Below, in pieces: positions 57,090-64,000 of a stretch of DNA of 64,000 nucleotides. The stretch lies in NCBI GenBank assembly GCA_000182565.2, contig KQ257453.1; one strand, given 5' to 3'. Source of the stretch: Spizellomyces punctatus DAOM BR117 (taxonomy: Eukaryota). Every line of letters begins with the position of its first letter. The first letter of the stretch is position 1. Position numbers and translations under genes: made by a program. Under the pieces are notes generated by a model. It was not told the DNA's origin and did no database searches. It worked only from the letters and a program-made list of their open reading frames with translations.

Positions 57090-57151
57090 GAACAGAATAA
57101 TGTGGAGCTGTTTAAACTGATCATGGCTGGTCAATACAGGGTTGACCATCC
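57090..57151 (+). pseudogene. Orphan 62-bp duplicate of part of a CMK1 exon (38700-38761)
   Basis: 58/62 identical by hand alignment; no in-frame ATG upstream and no other kinase exon seen nearby. Confidence 0.8.
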
Positions 57152-58242
57152 CTTTTCCATCGAGATGAAAGGGAATCCTGAATGGATCCATTGAAGAGGA
57201 TTACCTGCAAGACAGCATTTACGATTGCTCATGATGTTCCGTTCGCTTGCATGCTCGCACGTCCAGGACATGAACCCATGGATGGAGACATCTTTCCAAG
57301 AACAATGTGCATCATAACTATTTGGCTACTCTATTCCGTGACATTCTTGTACGGAGACAGTAAGCAGATATCACATTGGTAGTGCAAACGGGAAGTGGTA
57401 CACAAGCAGAGTATGAGTGTTGGACTTAGGAATCATGTTATAGGTCATACATGTGTCTCCCATTGAAGGAGATGCTCGTGCTGTCGCTGTTTGCCTGCCA
57501 AGGTCCTAATGAGAACGTCTTGAAGGATTCAATTGCAATGTTCATCTCATCTTGATGAAATGGTGTACAGTCCATCATAAACTGGCGGCAGGTGTGAGAA
57601 CACATCTCGTTGGTTCTTCCATCTGTCCAATTGTACACCCTGCCTCGAGAACCCTGCATAGACTATGTCTATCCTTGGCCAGACCAAGTACTTGACATCT
57701 TGTGCTGTCTGCACCTACAATATTTCGTCTTCATCTCGTTGGGGAGAACCGTGGGAAAATCAAGATAAACAAATGACTCGCTTCACGCGTTTACATAATC
57801 TAAACGTGTACGTGTCGTTTGCAAGGGGAAGAACGCATGCCAGGAGGTGAAAACGACGACGATGATTGGGCGTTCATGGCGTGCTCAGAAGAATGACGTA
57901 CGCAGATACGGAATCTTTCGCCGAGAGTTCCCGAATTGCAAAAAAAAAGCGCAGTTCTCCAGGGTTATAAAAAGGCACCCTCTTCCGCATCCCCCCACCC
58001 TCTCTTCACTCGCCTTGGGACGGCGTAAAACTCGAGCCTGCCTTGGGATGGCGGAAAACTCAACTCGGTCGAAAAGTCATAACCGGATAACTTTAATGGC
58101 CGTTGTAGTAATGCAACGTACTACCTCTTTGAGGTGGGCGCCTGGGACTGATCGTTTGCGCGCGCCAGAAATAGAAGGAGCAACGACTCGCCGGAGCCTT
58201 CGGGTGATGATGGCATCCTCTTCGGGGGAAGGGCCTGTGATA

Positions 58243-58278
58243 AAGGATGAAAAGGATGAAAAAGATGAAAATGATGGC
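58243..58278 (+). repeat. Imperfect 9-bp tandem repeat (AAGGATGAA-like, 4 units)
   Basis: aaggatgaa aaggatgaa aaagatgaa aatgatggc. Confidence 0.6.
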
Positions 58279-58889
58279 AAAGATATCAAACCAAACTGCC
58301 TTTGAAATCCTATCTAGACATTGTATTTTCAGCGGTTCTTGCAGTCAGCAGCTCATGCGCGATATTGCCTACAAGGCAACCCTCACCTTACTCCAGCGGT
58401 GGAGCTTTCCTGTGGTGTTGAAAACGGAACGATGAGAGTTGTATGAGTTACAGAAACAAGCATTGACTTGCAAGCTGCATACACTTGCAAGCATTAGGCC
58501 AGCTATGCCATATCCCATACGTGCATCGGATAATGCACTTGTGCATGAAAAGTGCTCTTGAAAGCACTCTTCTTTATCCTATCGGACCCATGGAACTGTT
58601 GCTGACATGAGAACTTCGTAAGCCAAGTAGGGGGTTCGACCCTCGTTCTTCACACAACAATTTGGACTGTTCAAAGAACGCGAGACACTTATCGCTGTCG
58701 TCCGTGTGCGTTGTTGGGTCCCATGCCCAGTCCATCCATTTCTTTTTTTTTCTCGTCTTGACTCTTGAGCAGCAATTGCAAAGTCATTGGCTGCATTCTC
58801 TCCTGATTCCATTATACGAGCTCACACATTATCTTGAATACTTCGATACCCTGTAACCTTCGACTGTCATACCGACCAAGTGTACAGTC

Positions 58890-59730
58890 ATGGATACTTT
58901 GACGTTTAGCCCTCCCGCAGCAATTTACCAAGAGCATGGCCGGCATTCGCCTCCCATATGTCGCAAGCGCAAGCTGATTGAGGGAAATGGTGTCGAAGAA
59001 AATGGGAAATCGGTAGGTCTGACTACTTGGCTTTCGGTCCATTGTGGTCAACCAACTCAATTCTGGTCATGTCGTTTACTAGAAACGCTTGCATGTGGGT
59101 CCATGCCCCAATACACCTCCATTTACCATGCCCTTCTTCCCACCACCAGCGGAAATGAGCTGCAATGGCAATGTGATGCAGTGGCCCGTTCCTGGAATTG
59201 ATCCCCACCTTTTGCAACAGCAATTAGCAGAGTTGCAAAAGGCCTTGCCTGGACCGACGTTTGGGATATCAGATATCCAGCAGCGTCATGTGGACCGGAG
59301 ACTGGAACCTTTGATGGACATTTATGATTTTGGGAAAGTACATGAAAGGCTGCTGGCTTGTGGAGAGAGTGAACCCATGTTGTTGGATGAGGTATGTTTG
59401 GTACTGCCTGTTTGCCGCATCGATGCATTATTGAAAGCATGTTTATTTTTTTGGTAGATTCCGCCATCATTACAATCCTCATCAAGACCCAACCTTCGCC
59501 GCTCATCCTCTGATATGTCTCTATGTACCTCTCCATCCCACCATATCTCCCAATCTGTTTCCCTTTATACTCCCGTTCCATCTCCGCAGCGATCTCCCGG
59601 AAGGGCGCCAGGATCTGCCCCAATGTCTCCCGGAATGCACCGACAAATATTTTCAATGGGCTTTCGAAGGGATTGTGACAAGTGTCGGATGGGTGTACCA
59701 GGACATTATATGCACGTCATGCAACGTTGA
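58890..59730 (+). CDS. Uncharacterised protein (234 aa) with C-terminal MGFRRDCDKCRMGVPGHYMH motif
   Basis: Exons 58890-59012, 59083-59391, 59458-59730 join in phase 0; RKRK...KRLH NLS-like; SP-rich. Confidence 0.8.
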
Positions 59731-60650
59731 ATCTAGATACCCTTGGACCCTTTTTTCAAGGAACCATTGTTGGAGTGGGATTGATCAGTGTTGGGGTTAG
59801 AGCTGCCAGAATATCTTGTATATAGTAATAGACTGCCGCACGAGATTCCCCGCATGTTTTACTGTGCAAGTTCCGACTGCCTCATCGGACGAGAGCTATC
59901 CGTCGTCCTTGAGTACAAGGGGACATACATAGGGCAAAGAGCAGAGAGGAGGCCATTTCGGCTTGAGAGAATGATGCCCTTGGGGTCTGAGAGTAGGTGC
60001 TTTTAGCACATTGGCCTGTGCATATACGTCATTTCAGTTTCAATAGCTTGGAAGGCAACTGTTTTTAACCATTAGATGGACTGTCACTAATTATTTGGTC
60101 GTATAAATTCAGGACATAAGAAAGTAATTAGAGCGGTGAAAAGCGTTATTTTCAGAGCTATTCTCGGGTCTTGAACAAAAAAGACCATCCCAAAACGGAC
60201 GGACGACATGAATACAAAAAGCGTTGGACGATAGTGTTATATAACAATCTTTTACAAACAGTTTCTCTACTGAATCTTTCTTGATGCAAATGGCATCTCA
60301 CCTCGTTCTCGATTCCTTTCAAGTATTATCCCTACTGCAATGGTTCTTTGTTGGAAAGAAAACCCAAAATCACCAAAGACGGTGACTTTAAAGTTGAGAG
60401 CTCAGCTGGTTGGCCATGTGACCTTGGTCGAGATTTCAATTGATATCCGCGTGGTGTTGGGTCTTACCCCACCTTTCTTTCTTGCTCTGGTTGGATCATC
60501 GTGTTTTTTGTGGGTTTGGATCAGTGCCCAAAGGGGACACACCAGCAGCCTTCAAAGGTCTTTCGTTTTGCGGCCTAACGTACATAGGAAGTTGTGAATT
60601 TGGCAGAACTGTGGGGAAAATAGGACCTATATCCAAGACACTCATTTGCT

Positions 60651-61592
60651 ATGGTCAACTTGAATTCCCACCCACCCGAACAGGCCCCGCGGACTCTCAC
60701 CGAATTTGATACCATGACATCACCCCGCTCTCGCCGGTCTATACGAGATATATACATTCCACGTCCTCAAGATGGCACCTCATCCTCGTCCGATTCAGAA
60801 GAAGAAACGGACTTGCAAGATATTGGACGTATCCGTCAACGATTCCTTCACACGGATGATCGTAGTGCTTTTGAACGAACAGTTCTCAGTCGTACTTCGC
60901 GGAGGAGGACAAACGGGACTCTGGCGGATCAAGGCAACGAGTCGGAGAGAAGTGACGTTACAAGGAGGTGGACCGTCGACCCTTGGCGGAATCCAAGTGA
61001 ACGGAGTGCTAATGAAAATCGACAGAATCTACGTCGTAGAGCTGTGGTGCGGGGGGCGTTATCGCATGTTCGTCGTCAACCGTATGACGAGGAAACCACT
61101 CGGTTTGCAGCGCAGTTGGCCCGGAATCTGTCGTACGCTTCCTTCCAACGTGCTGAAATGACTGCAAATGGAACAGACACAAGCACGAATGCCGAGTCTA
61201 GTTCCGAGACATCATCGTCGGAGGAATCAGCTCCCCTCCCCCCTCTTGCACCTATACCCATCACAGCAGATGCGAATTCCATCACAATCCATGCGGACAT
61301 GACTCCAGAACCTACGGTTTCACGAATCATGGATCCCCTCTCTCCCTATGTCCGAATTGTTGTACTACCTCCCGATAACAGTACCGATCCTATCCCCTTT
61401 AAAATTCGACGTACGACACCCCTGGAGCGCCTCATGGACGTTTATTGTCGGAGAACGGGCAGAAGTGCGTTGTGGTCTGAATTTATGTTTGGGGACGCCA
61501 GGCTACTCGGAAAACAGACGCCCGAAGAGTTGGGAGTGGAAAAGGCGGCAGTGATTCGGTATGTGGAGCTGGGCGAGCGCGTGGGCCGGTGA
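60651..61592 (+). CDS. Protein with single C-terminal SUMO-like (Rad60-SLD-type) domain, intronless
   Basis: 313-aa ORF; FKIRRTTPLERLMDVYCRRTG...FMFGDARL...QTPEELGVE; no di-glycine. Confidence 0.75.
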   Translation: MVNLNSHPPEQAPRTLTEFDTMTSPRSRRSIRDIYIPRPQDGTSSSSDSEEETDLQDIGRIRQRFLHTDDRSAFERTVLSRTSRRRTNGTLADQGNESERSDVTRRWTVDPWRNPSERSANENRQNLRRRAVVRGALSHVRRQPYDEETTRFAAQLARNLSYASFQRAEMTANGTDTSTNAESSSETSSSEESAPLPPLAPIPITADANSITIHADMTPEPTVSRIMDPLSPYVRIVVLPPDNSTDPIPFKIRRTTPLERLMDVYCRRTGRSALWSEFMFGDARLLGKQTPEELGVEKAAVIRYVELGERVGR

Positions 61593-62139
61593 TGATGATG
61601 TCCTTGGACTGCTGTTGCTATGATATAATACCCCAGGATCGCGTTTACCATATCAAAAGGATAGTAACTCGGTGCGGTCTGGTGTAAAGATGGACTGCAG
61701 ACCTTACCATGAGCTGATGGGTATATTCATGTTCTTATATTTCGGCCTCTTGGTCACGCATTGCGTTTTGTATATACCATGTATAGTGCTACACGTTGGG
61801 TTGTCTTTTTGTGCAATAGGTGATTTACTTTGCAACCTTTATGACATGGCGTTGGCAACAATATAGATATTAGTCTCTTTGTTCCCCGAGTTTGTGTCAT
61901 CTTTTTTTTGGACTTTTATCTTGGAACATGGCTCATATGAATGTAATACAGTTCGAGCAGCAGCAGGGATATTTGCCCACACATTGCTCAAAGAATCGAC
62001 AAGACCCGGATTGCGGCGCAAGTGGTGCAATGTGAAGAAGATAATAATAAAGTCTCTGTTCAAAAACATGTTGCAAATACAAAATATAAAACACTTGATA
62101 ACACATTTCCACTAATGTTGCTGTCAATCACGAATGCTG

Positions 62140-62590
62140 CTACGACCTTGCATTTTCGATAGCCTTAAGAATGTCTTGAGCAACCTCCTCAGGCGTCCTG
62201 CCATCCTCCACCTCAAATATAATCTTTGCCCATTGGGACCCATCCGCCAGATCTAGAGCAATAGCCGTCGCCTTCTTTCTAGCATAAATAAAATCCGGTT
62301 TCCGGTGAAGGTGATAAAAATTGCCTATAAACAACCATGTATTAGACGCTGTATCCGGCCTCGTCAATCTCTCCAAAAAAGTAAAACCTACCAGCATAAA
62401 AGACGCCCGGCACACTCGTCCCAACACGGAGCCCATTCCAGCAGACGCACAGGTCGTCTGGCCGAACACGGACGTTCGTAATGTGTTTAAGTGGGACGGA
62501 CACGGGTGAGAATTGCACTGCGAGGAGTTTTTGACATGTTGTGAGGGAAAGGACAAGGTCAGTTGACGTTAATTGGAGAGTTGGGGCCAT
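62140..62590 (-). CDS. Small uncharacterised protein (127 aa) resembling a bacterial family
   Basis: Exons 62590-62392 and 62324-62140 (intron gtaggt...ctaat...tag): QKLLAVQFSPVSVPLKHITNVRV...GLRVGTSVPGVFYAGNFY...DFIYARK...AIALDL...WAKIIFEV. Confidence 0.75.
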
Positions 62591-63129
62591 GGCTTCTGAG
62601 AAACGATAAACAAAACAAAAAGAAAATCGCAAAAGTGAAATGGAAAAGGTTGGGAGGGATTCCTGCGCTTGTCTTTTTGTACTCGAGGACTGATGGGTCA
62701 TCAGATTTATTTCTGGAAACGCGACCCGCGCAGGTGGGGGCTTCTGCCAAGTCCACAGTAGGCAAGAACAACTTGGCAAGAGTATTCCTGGGGCAACATT
62801 TCTCTTTTTAACAAACAATGGCATCTATTTCACATCCGAAATTCTCCATACACATTTCCTAATGCTTTGTTGGCAGAGAAGTTACAATATCCCATATCGT
62901 ATTCTCTTTTGCCCCCAACATGTGTGTCGTCTTGAAGGAATCAAACGATTAATGGATCCCAATCCACACATATTGGCCGCATTGTGTATGACGATTCGGA
63001 TCCGCAGAAATAACTGCCAAGGCAGTAGGGTCACACGTTGGCTTCCGGGGATCCACACATGGTTATAGATGTATTTACCAACCCGCCACTGAACCGTAGT
63101 GTAGCGTAGCGTATTCCCCTCTGTTTATC

Positions 63130-64000
63130 CTAAATATGGTGAATACCCGACTTGGCTCTAAAGCGAAACAAAGCCCTAAAGACTAAAATTGTCCAATATG
63201 TGTTCAATCCAGTAAACACTACATAATTGATGCATGTCAGAATCCAGACAATGCCTGGCAGCCGCCGTAGTCGTTGCCAGAGGAGGAGTGGCCGGGCAAT
63301 GGCAACTGTGGCCTTGGCCGGAAGGGATCCTTGACCGGAACGCTCTTCCACCTTTTGCACAATGTTGTTCTCCCTCACATCCGCGTCGTTTGTTCGCTTT
63401 GTAACACGGAGAGCGTACCAGAGACCCAAGGGTCCTGCTGGCGCACGCACCAATAAAAACAATACGCATCGAACAATCAACCAAAATTCATACGCCTTGC
63501 CCGTTTCCTTGCCCAGTTTTTGCATCACCCACAAGACATTTGTCGCAACCACGGTTAGTTCGCTTGGTAAGAACACGGCTGGAAAATAGCTGGCTACTTT
63601 GTAATGCCGCATGAAACCCGCCCCCAGGGCTCCAAGAACGTGGTGAATCCAGGCAGATGGATGCTGCCTTCCCACGATCCCCATTACATAACTATCATAT
63701 AATGTGTAGCCTGTCATATTTGTTAATTTAGAATAATTTGGTGCTGAATAAGCTGGAACGAAACTTACCGATATGGGCAGCAAGAGTTCGGTCCAAGAGT
63801 TCAGGATAAGGTTCAATAACATCCTCAGAGTATGGTTGACGCTTCAATAGTAAGTATAAGGAACTAACGGAAACAGTGAGTGCGTTCACAGTCGATGGAA
63901 GCTTTTCTGCAAGGAACAAAAGATCGGCGGAATTCAGACGCGCAAGTGTTGCGGGGGATAGATAGTGTATAAGCTGAGCCGCGATTTTGTGGAGAATCAG
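63130..64000 (-). CDS. TLC (TRAM/LAG1/CLN8) domain membrane protein, 5' end outside window
   Basis: EKLPSTVNA, GYTLYD, WIHHVLG, SELTVVATN, LFLLVR, GLNTYW. Confidence 0.8.

Noticed and set aside
57847..58305. 152-aa ORF with DEK repeats and a SUMO-N-terminus-like DIKP end
   Set aside because: GTG start, no ubiquitin fold in any downstream frame, no recognisable domain
58610..58650. tRNA gene suggested by GGTTCGA
   Set aside because: No D arm, anticodon arm or proper 7-nt T loop could be built

Overview
Gene-dense eukaryotic DNA with many short (about 40-110 nt) GT-AG introns. It is inferred to come from an early-diverging fungus, probably a chytrid, because of the NPSN-type SNARE, FAM72, cold-shock-domain protein and CE4 chitin deacetylase. 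The ORF track (GTG/TTG starts, unspliced) only fragments the genes, so I rebuilt about 32 gene models by hand. Most are housekeeping: BUD22-like, CoA-transferase III, ABHD12-like, PXA-RGS-PX nexin, ETF-alpha, NTM1, glomulin-like, RPF2, HIT1, DEAH helicase, DPH6, HAP3, WBP2-like, VMA11, G-beta, CaMK1, SPE3, TM9SF, CDA, an LRR protein, ZNG1 and a TLC protein. Family calls come from motif recognition, not database searches, and internal splice sites were only partly checked. I recognised no rRNA, tRNA, CRISPR array or intact transposon, and there is one 125-N assembly gap. I cannot claim a clearly new multi-gene system. The best leads are: (1) an E-box 11-mer (GATCACGTGAA) about 60 bp from start codons in three divergent promoters; (2) a micro-exon cold-shock-domain gene missed by the ORF track; (3) an orphan copy of a CaMK1 exon 18 kb away; (4) a PAS-like protein with a shrunken GATA-like finger; (5) an intron-containing gene resembling a bacterial uncharacterised family.
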